DNA of 64,000 nucleotides, from positions 1 through 64,000 of IMG/VR virus record IMGVR_UViG_3300036770_007547; one strand, given 5' to 3'. Positions 56,351 through 64,000 of the stretch are shown one piece after another (the first letter of the stretch is position 1; every line of letters begins with the position of its first letter). A program made the translations under genes and the position numbers. The notes beneath the pieces are model-generated. The model was not told the origin of the DNA and made no database searches. It was given only the letters and a program-made list of their open reading frames with translations.

Positions 56351-56768
56351 ATTCTCGCAGTTCTCGGGCATCGATCATGGAAGCAAGAGTCTCGATGTCA
56401 TTGATCTTCCAGGCCGGGAACAAGTTCATCAATCTTTTTTTGACATCGTTGGCCGACTTCTTGTCGTCGCGACCTCGCAGCTTGATGTACTGATGATCAA
56501 ACGCTCCCAGGCCGGGACTCACTGCCGTGGCCGACAACCATTGCAGTTTTGGATGTCGATTTATGGCAAAAAAGTTTCGATTGAGATGATAGTTGGTGCT
56601 TTGTACATAGTACTCCTGCATGTCTTGGCTGGCAGAAACTGTGCTGCCCCAGCGTATCATTAGATAGTTGGAGAATCGCTTGCGTTCTTCGTCGGTGAGT
56701 TCGTCGTAGAATCCGCGATTCTTGCGATCCAACTGCGTCATCTCGTTGCGTATGTGTAGTTTATCCAT
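56322..56768 (-). CDS. clamp-loader small subunit (gp62)-like protein
   Basis: FSNYLMIRW..S, N, HPKLQW pattern; replication-cluster context. Confidence 0.5.
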   Translation of the reverse strand: MDKLHIRNEMTQLDRKNRGFYDELTDEERKRFSNYLMIRWGSTVSASQDMQEYYVQSTNYHLNRNFFAINRHPKLQWLSATAVSPGLGAFDHQYIKLRGRDDKKSANDVKKRLMNLFPAWKINDIETLASMIDARELREYERDHGAND

Positions 56769-56979
56769 TGCGGCGACTCATGCTGTTGATGACCCGGGCA
56801 TGCGCATCCAACTGTCGATGCACCCGGCGCAGATCTTTCTGCAAGGCTTCGATCGTGGCTCGCTGGCTTTCCACGATGTCTTGCAATCTCCGCAAGTCTT
56901 GATCATGCTTGCTGGCATCTAGTTTGGGGTTTGATTTTGCTGTGGGTTCCACTGTGGTGGATGATTGGTATTGTGTCAT
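56761..56979 (-). CDS. small coiled-coil protein
   Basis: Heptad pattern; within operon. Confidence 0.65.
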   Translation of the reverse strand: MTQYQSSTTVEPTAKSNPKLDASKHDQDLRRLQDIVESQRATIEALQKDLRRVHRQLDAHARVINSMSRRNG

Positions 56980-56981
56980 GT

Positions 56982-57482
56982 CTACCAGGCCTTGCTGTAG
57001 TCAACGATCTCGCAGTTGCGTGATATGTCCCGAACGAAATACACACACTCGGGCTCGGGATCGTCGTTGATAGGCACTGCCAAGATTTGACCGTTCTTGA
57101 GCTTGGGCGCATACCATGTCACTTCGTGATAGATGTCCACGATCTCGATGTCAGGGAAACTGGGCCGGAAACTTGACAATGGATTGAATTGGAAGGCCTT
57201 GAATCCTCGGTCATTGATCGATGTCAAAGGCAGCATTTCTAGATCTCCGAGATCGGGTTCTCCTATCAAGATCTGCCAATCCACGGGCATGCTCACGATG
57301 TCTTGATTGATCCTCAACACCAGTGCCGGAGCATTGAAGCTCTCCAAGAAGATCAAAGGAATGTAGTGATAGTCGGGATTGCCGGGATCGCTGTTGTCCA
57401 GGATGGCAAATCTCATGTCATCGATCTTGTCCGGCAGTGTGTCGAGGTCATAAGCGATGTTGTCTAGGGTCAGTATCTTCAT
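56982..57482 (-). CDS. hypothetical all-beta phage protein
   Basis: Start MKILTL, 7 nt after TTGACA-N17-TACAAT. Confidence 0.8.
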   Translation of the reverse strand: MKILTLDNIAYDLDTLPDKIDDMRFAILDNSDPGNPDYHYIPLIFLESFNAPALVLRINQDIVSMPVDWQILIGEPDLGDLEMLPLTSINDRGFKAFQFNPLSSFRPSFPDIEIVDIYHEVTWYAPKLKNGQILAVPINDDPEPECVYFVRDISRNCEIVDYSKAW

Positions 57483-57514
57483 TCTAGTTATTGTAGATGG
57501 TGATTGACGAAATG

Positions 57515-58972
57515 TCAATTCCATTCCAACCTTTCTTGTGTGAATGGATATTCGGCTTCACGATAGTAGGCTTTCCTCTTGGTGAGATGTCGTTTCGCAA
57601 ATTTGCATGTACTTGTTATGTCCCAGATCTGCACAAAGTCTTTGTCTTCGGCCTTGCGGATTCCACGTCCGATTGACTGGATGACTCGCACAAAACTCTT
57701 GCCAGGTTCCACCAGCACGAGATTAAAGATCCTGGGGATGTTGATGCCCACAGCGGCCACGCCATAGGTTGCGACAATGATTTTATCTGTTGCCTCCGCC
57801 ACCGAGTCATAATGATCCTGCCTTTCCCCGGCCTTGGTACCGCCGGATATGAATACCGCATTTGTGAGACGTGACACCAGCTCTTGTCCGGCCGCGATAC
57901 GATCCACCAACACCAGAGTGTTGCCAGTTTCGTTGACACGCTGTATGAGTTCGGCCATGGTGTCCAATCTACCAGGTTCTTCTAACAGGTACTTGAGCTC
58001 GCTCTGATAGTTGTTGTACTCCACATGATCCACCAACTGCACCACATTGACATGGCACTGGGCCAACACACCTTGCTCTTGCAGTTCCACTGCGGCCAGT
58101 CGGTTGATGACTGGCCCGATACTGACTTCAAGGGCACGGCTTTCAAACTGTTCTTTGGGTATGGTTCCGGTCAAACCCCACCTGATCGGCACTTGCGACA
58201 TCACGCCCGTGAGCAAGGTCTTGAGCGCATCGGCCTTGGCCATGTGTACCTCGTCCACGATCACACAGATCACACCTTCCAGGAATTCTCCGATGGTGAT
58301 GTCGGCCACTTGGTTGCGTGTGTTTTTTAACAGCACATTGAGGCTCTGCCAAGTGCAGATGGTATGCTGGTGTCCAAACTCTTTCCTGTCACCAAAGAAC
58401 ACGCCCACATCTAACTGCATGTTGCGATAGTCTTTCTCGGTCTGTGTGACAAGACTCTTGTTGGGCACGATCACGATGCTACGACCATGGCGCTCTACTC
58501 GCTGGCTCAGGGCCGCGGTCATGATGGTCTTGCCAGCACCTGTGGCCACCTCTTGCAGGCACTGCGGCGTGGACAAAAACGAGTTGATGATCTTGACTTG
58601 ATAGTCTCTGAGTCGTATGGGCTCACCGGCCGCGGGATGATTGGCGGGCCATGATATGTGAGCGAAGCTGTCTTCGTTGACACTGTCAAATTCAAAAAAG
58701 GTGGGATAATCTCGACGATCATCGAGCTCGATATCGTAGTCAAGGCTTTCCAATATTGGAAGTATCTCCGGCAAGAGATTGACATAGGTGCTACCGCCCA
58801 TCTGGAAATAGCTGACCTTGCCGTCCCAACGGCCCAGTCTCACAGCCGGGAGATATCGAGCATAAGGCACATCGTATTTGAACTGGTTGACCAGTCGTCG
58901 ACGTGCGTCGAGATCCAGTCCTTCGATTTTGACGTTGACTTCGTCGTGTATGATTAGAGTGGCCTGGCGCAT
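57515..58972 (-). CDS. uvsW: SF2 DNA helicase, UvsW-like
   Basis: LRDYQ, ATGAGKT, DEVH, GLTGT, QSIGRGIR. Confidence 0.9.
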   Translation of the reverse strand: MRQATLIIHDEVNVKIEGLDLDARRRLVNQFKYDVPYARYLPAVRLGRWDGKVSYFQMGGSTYVNLLPEILPILESLDYDIELDDRRDYPTFFEFDSVNEDSFAHISWPANHPAAGEPIRLRDYQVKIINSFLSTPQCLQEVATGAGKTIMTAALSQRVERHGRSIVIVPNKSLVTQTEKDYRNMQLDVGVFFGDRKEFGHQHTICTWQSLNVLLKNTRNQVADITIGEFLEGVICVIVDEVHMAKADALKTLLTGVMSQVPIRWGLTGTIPKEQFESRALEVSIGPVINRLAAVELQEQGVLAQCHVNVVQLVDHVEYNNYQSELKYLLEEPGRLDTMAELIQRVNETGNTLVLVDRIAAGQELVSRLTNAVFISGGTKAGERQDHYDSVAEATDKIIVATYGVAAVGINIPRIFNLVLVEPGKSFVRVIQSIGRGIRKAEDKDFVQIWDITSTCKFAKRHLTKRKAYYREAEYPFTQERLEWN

Positions 58973-59005
58973 GTTGCAAGTATACAGGCTTTATTTACAC
59001 AAGTC

Positions 59006-59036
59006 AAAAAAAGAGGATGATATCTCTATCATCCTC
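59006..59036 (-). terminator. intrinsic terminator
   Basis: GAGGATGATA-GAGA-TATCATCCTC-TTTTTTT. Confidence 0.85.
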
Positions 59037-59089
59037 AAAACCAGTCGCCTAGGAGCTAGACTGTGTTGGCGGCTGGGGTACTGCTGTCT

Positions 59090-60127
59090 TTAACCACCCA
59101 TCTTCATGCAAGTGGTCTCTGCCAGGCGTGTCCAGCGCTCGGCACTGAGCTTGCGCAAGTCTGCGATCTTCAGCGCCATACGCAGGCTCATCTCACGCAA
59201 ACGGGTCTGATTCTTCTCCATGAATGCCACCACTTCTTCTTGCTCGGCATCAGTGAAATCGTAGTTCTGGAACAGCATGCCGTCTTGTGCGATCTGGCGT
59301 ATGCGCAGGATCTTGTCGCGCATGGTGTCAAGTGTGAGATCGAGATAGTGACAGCGACTCTGGAGTGCGTCCAAGTGATCTCTCAGTTTCTGCGATTTCA
59401 TCTGGTCAAACTTGAGGTTGGTGATGAAAATCACCGAGCCTTTGAACTCGAACCGATCGGGGATGCCTTCACGACGCAGGGCCGAACTCTCCGAAAGCCA
59501 TGAAATGGTACGCTTCTTGCCCGAGTCTAAAGCACCTTTCAGCAAGTTCAAGCTCACATCATCGAGCAGAATGCTGTCACAGTCATCAAACACCAAGAGA
59601 CAGTTCTCGTCACTGTGATGGAACAGAGTCTGGTACAAGCCGATGGGAGTGGCACTGCCCTTTACCACTTGGGTTCTCAGTCGCTTGTTCGAGATGGTGT
59701 CAAACAATTGAGCCTTTTCCACTTCTTGCTCGATGCCAAATGATTTGCCAACTCCGGGCGGGCCCGACACGATCATGGCGCGAATGTCACCGCTGATACA
59801 GGCTTTGGTCATCTCGGTGAGGATGTCAAAACGCTCGCGGATGCGAGTCATCACTGCTTCGTCGGTTTCTTGGGTTTCGGCCACTGCCGCTGATTTGAAT
59901 GCCACGGTGTTGTCTGAGCTCACGCTGTCTCCATTAACGAATTCGATGTCATGCAGGCTGTCCACCCGCACCCGGATGTTGTCGGCGTAACCGGGAAAAG
60001 TTCCGCCATTGGCCACTACCACATTTCCACCCTTGGCATCGGTAACAAAATCACGCACCAGCGTGAAGCGCAGTCCCGACACATCTTGATTACGGTATGT
60101 ACCTTTTCGGATAACGACTTGGGTCAT
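59090..60127 (-). CDS. AAA+ ATPase, early
   Basis: GPPGVGKS, VFDDCD, FITN, LQSRC. Confidence 0.88.
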   Translation of the reverse strand: MTQVVIRKGTYRNQDVSGLRFTLVRDFVTDAKGGNVVVANGGTFPGYADNIRVRVDSLHDIEFVNGDSVSSDNTVAFKSAAVAETQETDEAVMTRIRERFDILTEMTKACISGDIRAMIVSGPPGVGKSFGIEQEVEKAQLFDTISNKRLRTQVVKGSATPIGLYQTLFHHSDENCLLVFDDCDSILLDDVSLNLLKGALDSGKKRTISWLSESSALRREGIPDRFEFKGSVIFITNLKFDQMKSQKLRDHLDALQSRCHYLDLTLDTMRDKILRIRQIAQDGMLFQNYDFTDAEQEEVVAFMEKNQTRLREMSLRMALKIADLRKLSAERWTRLAETTCMKMGG

Positions 60128-60157
60128 TTACTAGCTCCTTTGTTGTATTGTTCTATT

Positions 60158-60188
60158 ATTATATGCAAAATGGAATTATTGGTCAACC
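60158..60188 (-). promoter_or_regulatory. early promoter cassette, copy 10
   Basis: GGTTGACC-N17-TATAAT. Confidence 0.85.
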
Positions 60189-60383
60189 GCTGATCTTGTC
60201 AAAGATCTGCTGTTGTAAATATGCCACATCTTCGCGGTTGACATAAAAATCTGTGCGCGGATCCCAGTACTCGCCCGCTTTGGGGTCGTAGTACAGGACC
60301 TGCCCGTTGGGGTAATGGAACGGGCCTTCAAGTCCCGGGCGTTCGCTGTAGTTTTGATTGTGCTTGAAAACCGTGTAGCCCAT
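60183..60383 (-). CDS. hypothetical early protein
   Basis: GLEGPF...LYYDPKAGEYWDP; GGAG RBS. Confidence 0.75.
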   Translation of the reverse strand: MGYTVFKHNQNYSERPGLEGPFHYPNGQVLYYDPKAGEYWDPRTDFYVNREDVAYLQQQIFDKISG

Positions 60384-60411
60384 GGTCAACTCCAAAATTC
60401 AGTATGTTCAC

Positions 60412-60442
60412 ATTGTACCAGATCGGGAATTATTGGTCAACC
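60412..60442 (-). promoter_or_regulatory. early promoter cassette, copy 11
   Basis: GGTTGACC-N17-TACAAT. Confidence 0.85.
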
Positions 60443-60445
60443 ATG

Positions 60446-60472
60446 AAAAACCCTGCTCGGGGCAGGGTTTTT
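60446..60472. terminator. bidirectional intrinsic terminator
   Basis: AAAAACCCTGC-TCGGG-GCAGGGTTTTT. Confidence 0.85.
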
Positions 60473-60490
60473 GGCGGCGCAACAAAAATA

Positions 60491-61297
60491 TCAGGGGTTG
60501 AGACTGCGCAGATACTCTTCGCCCTCGTCGTCTACCATGTCCAACCAATAGTCGCCATTGGTGATGTCGATGTTTCCGGGCACGGCCTTGAGGGCCCGAT
60601 ACCATTGTCCTTGATAACGCACCGTGTCATTTTCGTTGTAGAATTGCCAACGGCTCCACACCGGCAAGGGCAGAGTGCGCCACGAACTCATGGTGCTGGT
60701 GGGCACATTTGCCTCTACATCACGAATGGCCATGACCATGACACCACGTGCGTCCCTGACCACAGTACCTGCGATGTAACTGGTGGTTGAGTTCCACTCG
60801 GGCATGTCAACACCGGGTTGCCAGCGCATGTCACATGTGAACACATCACCGTCTTGCAGAGTGTACACCCATTGTCCCAGGGTCTCGGATGTACGGATCA
60901 GCGACACTGGTGTTCCATTGATGGCAGCGTTTGCCCGCGGATCCGCACAGAATCCCTGGGGGGTCATCTCAGCATAAAAAGCACTGTAGGTGCCGTCGCC
61001 GCCGCTGACCATGGAAGGTATTTCGTGTTCGTAGTTGATGTGGATATAATTGGCCACGCTGCCGTACAACGTGAGCATGCCGCCGGTGACAGTGATCTCG
61101 TAGGGCTCGCTGCCCTGGCTAGCGATGTCTTTGGTCCAGGACCAGAGAACGCTGTTGTATTGCGTGCCCGGTGCCGGGGTCGAATTTACCGTGGGCACTG
61201 TGCCATCAAAAATAACGGTGCCACCCAGTTTTACAGTGCATCTCACCGGGTTTGAGCCGTGTCCGGTGCCTAGTTCACGGAATGTTCGTGTTGTCAT
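60491..61297 (-). CDS. protein with two C-terminal CBM5/12-like modules
   Basis: WNSTTSYIAGTVV and YNENDTVRYQGQWYRA; CATAAATA upstream. Confidence 0.7.
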   Translation of the reverse strand: MTTRTFRELGTGHGSNPVRCTVKLGGTVIFDGTVPTVNSTPAPGTQYNSVLWSWTKDIASQGSEPYEITVTGGMLTLYGSVANYIHINYEHEIPSMVSGGDGTYSAFYAEMTPQGFCADPRANAAINGTPVSLIRTSETLGQWVYTLQDGDVFTCDMRWQPGVDMPEWNSTTSYIAGTVVRDARGVMVMAIRDVEANVPTSTMSSWRTLPLPVWSRWQFYNENDTVRYQGQWYRALKAVPGNIDITNGDYWLDMVDDEGEEYLRSLNP

Positions 61298-61333
61298 TGT
61301 GCGATTCTCCAGTGCTGTATTTATGGCTGATTT

Positions 61334-62110
61334 TCAACACCAATATCTAGCCATAAAATCATCGTGGATTTCGTGTGGTTTGGGCTGTCCGTGGAATATC
61401 ACCAATCGTGTGTCGGGAGGAAGTATGCTGCCGCCTCCGGGACGAAGATAGGTGCGGGTTTTCATGTCCATGCCGCCTTCGCGCACTTGCCAGCGCCAGC
61501 TTCGTGCCACGCCATCATCAAAGAATCGCCGGACATCGGGCGTGAGATACGAGGTCATGTAGTCTTGATCACCGGGATATTTGCGCATGATATTGCCGAG
61601 CTGATGCTGCCGAAACGCTTTCCAGATATGCGGGAAGAACTCGGTGTCCCAGTACATCACCGAACTGTTCATACCCTGCCAATTTGGGCGCCAGAGATAG
61701 CGGAAGTCGCGTATGGTCCAGAAATACCGGGGACTCAGAGCCGTGATCCAGTCCAGATTGCCGGTGATGACCACGTCTAGATCCAGATAAAACATGCGTC
61801 CATGGAAATGCCGGGGATCAAACATCTGCATCTTGTACCACCAAGCTCGCTTGGGCCCGCTCACATTGCTCCAGATTTCGAGATCGTGGCGTATCATGTG
61901 TCCGGGCACCGGGCGTTCGGGTTCGGTAAACACATGCATGCGGATGGGATAGGAAAAATTCCGCTCCAGCATGCTGTGTAGTTTTTCCACGTATTCCCAA
62001 CCATACATGTCGCCGTGTATCACACAGGCGCAATCGATGCCATTGTTGGGATCGCGCAGTTCGGTGGGCGTCAATCTTTCGAGAGCTTTCCTGCCAGCCT
62101 TTTTAGCCAT
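61334..62110 (-). CDS. GT-A glycosyltransferase (GT8-like)
   Basis: WWYK, YLDLDVV, NSSVM, GDQDY, FHGQPKP. Confidence 0.85.
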   Translation of the reverse strand: MAKKAGRKALERLTPTELRDPNNGIDCACVIHGDMYGWEYVEKLHSMLERNFSYPIRMHVFTEPERPVPGHMIRHDLEIWSNVSGPKRAWWYKMQMFDPRHFHGRMFYLDLDVVITGNLDWITALSPRYFWTIRDFRYLWRPNWQGMNSSVMYWDTEFFPHIWKAFRQHQLGNIMRKYPGDQDYMTSYLTPDVRRFFDDGVARSWRWQVREGGMDMKTRTYLRPGGGSILPPDTRLVIFHGQPKPHEIHDDFMARYWC

Positions 62111-62931
62111 AGTCCTTGTCTAATCTCTTCTACTGTGTATTCGGTGTGACTGATCTCGATCAACCATTGATTCCGATCAGGCACTTCGGCATCTTCGATG
62201 TCTGCTATACTTATTGATACCGGATGTGCCAGGCTGGACTGATCCACAACAACGGGTGATCCGCGCAATGCAGCCTGTATGCCCACTCCACTGTTGTAAT
62301 TTATCACGGCGTGATAGTCAAACTTGAGATCGTAGGTGTCATACGTGGTGGGGAGTCTGCGCGGACTTTCGATGCGAACATCTCCTGCATAATTTATGCG
62401 TTTGTGATTGATGCGGCTGCGCGGGTGTGGTCGTATCACCACTGGACGGTCTGTGTATCTTCGCAGCTCTTGTATGGTGGAATTGATCCAGGATTCCTGG
62501 CTGACCATGCTGTCGGTCTGCAGACTCTGTTGATGCTGTGAAGCTATCAATATCGCGGGGTTGGTCTGTGATGTTTCAAACAAGGCCAAGCCCAGTTGTT
62601 CGGGTCTTTTGGCATCGAGATCTTCGGTGTGTCCATAATAACCATCGGCCGTGATGTTGTTGATGGCCACCTTCCAAGTGGTGCCACGATGCAGAGCGCC
62701 CACATCGACCACGATCACAGGACGGCCTTGATCGACATAGTGTTTGTAAACCGATTGATTGGGTTTCATCCTTCCGTGCCACAGCACGCTCCATATCACG
62801 GCAGCATCAGCATCATAAGAACCGTCCACGGTTCTGATACCGGCCGCCCGTGCGCTGTCCAACAGAGCTGACATGGCACTGCCGCTGTTCTGTGCGCATT
62901 GGAAAGGAAAATAGGCTAAGGTTTCGATCAC
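62071..62931 (-). CDS. KpsS/capsule-synthesis-like GT-B protein
   Basis: IRPHP, NYNSGVGIQAAL.G.PV. Confidence 0.6.
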   Translation of the reverse strand: MIETLAYFPFQCAQNSGSAMSALLDSARAAGIRTVDGSYDADAAVIWSVLWHGRMKPNQSVYKHYVDQGRPVIVVDVGALHRGTTWKVAINNITADGYYGHTEDLDAKRPEQLGLALFETSQTNPAILIASQHQQSLQTDSMVSQESWINSTIQELRRYTDRPVVIRPHPRSRINHKRINYAGDVRIESPRRLPTTYDTYDLKFDYHAVINYNSGVGIQAALRGSPVVVDQSSLAHPVSISIADIEDAEVPDRNQWLIEISHTEYTVEEIRQGLWLKRLAGKLSKD

Positions 62932-62969
62932 TAAATATCCTCGGTGGTATCGTTTAATTATTCATTGTC

Positions 62970-63824
62970 ATGGCATCTACAGCAATTAACTGGACCTATC
63001 TCAGCAAAAAAGGCGAGGACGAGTACATCAATCGACTGGCGCACAGCGCCGGTGTCGAGCCCACGGCCATCGAAAACTGGAACTATGGTGTCTGTCCCGA
63101 TCACGGATTGGTGTTGCGTGGCATAATGAAACACAAAATCATGAAACAGTGCTGGCATGATCGTAGACCTTTTCGATACATGGACACCGGATATTTTGGC
63201 AATGCCAAGAGCACTCGTAATCCCAGCGGATTCAAGCTGTGGCATCGCATCGTGGACAATGATCTGCAACATGGAAACTTGGTGGTCAAACGTCCGTTGG
63301 ATCGCTGGGAACAGCATGGTATACCTGTACATGCCCGCCGGCATGGCAGTAAAATCTTGGTTGTTGCGCCCGATGAGAAACCATGCTTGTTCTATGACAC
63401 CACCTTGGAAACCTGGTTGGACAACACAGTGTCGCGCATCAAACAACACACCGATCGTCCCATCGAAATCCGACATCGAGCACGCGATGCTGTCAAAAAC
63501 AATCGCACCAAAGACAAGAGCTTTGACGCTGCACTGGAAGATGATGTGGCCGCGGTGGTCACTTTCAATTCCACTGCCGCGGTGCACAGCGTGATCCGCG
63601 GCGTACCAGTGTATGTCACTGCGCCCACCAATGCAGCCGAGCCGGTGGCCAACGGTGATCTGAGCTCGATCGATGCTCCGGGATTTCCCGATCGTGACGA
63701 AATCATGGCCTGGCTGGCGCATCTCGCTTACGGTCAGTTCCATGTACGCGAACTTGAAAATGGCACTGCCATCAGATTGCTGGAAGAAACACAATATCTA
63801 ATCAAAAGAGGACTACAGTCTTGA
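62970..63824 (+). CDS. KpsS/capsule-synthesis-like GT-B protein
   Basis: DTGYF, VTFNSTAAVHSVIRGVPV. Confidence 0.6.
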   Translation: MASTAINWTYLSKKGEDEYINRLAHSAGVEPTAIENWNYGVCPDHGLVLRGIMKHKIMKQCWHDRRPFRYMDTGYFGNAKSTRNPSGFKLWHRIVDNDLQHGNLVVKRPLDRWEQHGIPVHARRHGSKILVVAPDEKPCLFYDTTLETWLDNTVSRIKQHTDRPIEIRHRARDAVKNNRTKDKSFDAALEDDVAAVVTFNSTAAVHSVIRGVPVYVTAPTNAAEPVANGDLSSIDAPGFPDRDEIMAWLAHLAYGQFHVRELENGTAIRLLEETQYLIKRGLQS

Positions 63825-64000
63825 CCTATACCATCGTTACCACGTTTCATGAACCCGGCTTGCAAAAATACGCACAACGCATGATCGACACCTTTGATCG
63901 ATATTGGCCACAGGATGTGAAACTGCGTGCCTATGCCGAAGACTGCGATCCCATGTCACCCAGTGATCGTATTGAAATTTTTGATTTGCACGAATGCTGT
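63821..64000 (+). CDS. probable glycosyltransferase, 5' part (truncated)
   Basis: TTG start overlapping prior stop; MTYTIVTTFHEPGLQKYAQRMIDTF..YWP open to window end. Confidence 0.55.
   Translation, partial: MTYTIVTTFHEPGLQKYAQRMIDTFDRYWPQDVKLRAYAEDCDPMSPSDRIEIFDLHECC

Noticed and set aside
1-64000. tRNA genes, transposases, stop-codon recoding
   Set aside because: No cloverleaf or transposase motifs found by eye; known genes are full length in the standard code. tRNAscan-SE would confirm.

Overview
This is a 64 kb segment of a large lytic dsDNA phage (jumbo, T4-superfamily-like myovirus). The host is probably a proteobacterium, inferred from nrdAB, aceA, iscU/iscA and clpXP. Most genes lie on the minus strand. 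Content: (i) early gene arrays, each preceded by a repeated sigma70-type promoter/RBS cassette (GGTTGACC-N17/18-TATAAT-like; 11 copies); (ii) host-like stress, translation and metabolic genes (two ClpP-family proteases, ClpX, ClpS, Hsp20, bS21, isocitrate lyase, phasin-like protein, UvsE, IscU, IscA); (iii) glycan/small-molecule modification genes (NDP-sugar dehydrogenase, amidinotransferase, 2OG-Fe oxygenases, cupin, radical SAM, GT10-like, GT-A, KpsS-like and SGNH proteins); (iv) NrdAB-glutaredoxin, ATP-dependent DNA ligase and a PD-(D/E)XK nuclease; (v) PAAR, tail and head-associated proteins with TAAATA late-promoter-like motifs; (vi) a replication cluster (helicase, primase, a 187-aa mini-DnaE, clamp-loader-like subunit, UvsW, AAA+). 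No tRNA, CRISPR array or transposase was found. The most notable unexplained signals are: a ~210-nt promoter-driven structured RNA at 28.6-28.85 kb; four SlmA-site-like 16-bp palindromes at the heads of early arrays; PhaR-box-like sites on the phasin-like gene and aceA; ROSE-like leaders on hsp20 and the phasin-like gene; widespread leaderless genes alongside bS21; a Pol-beta-NTase/RNA-ligase-like fusion; and the mini-DnaE. All calls come from reading motifs by eye, with no database searches.
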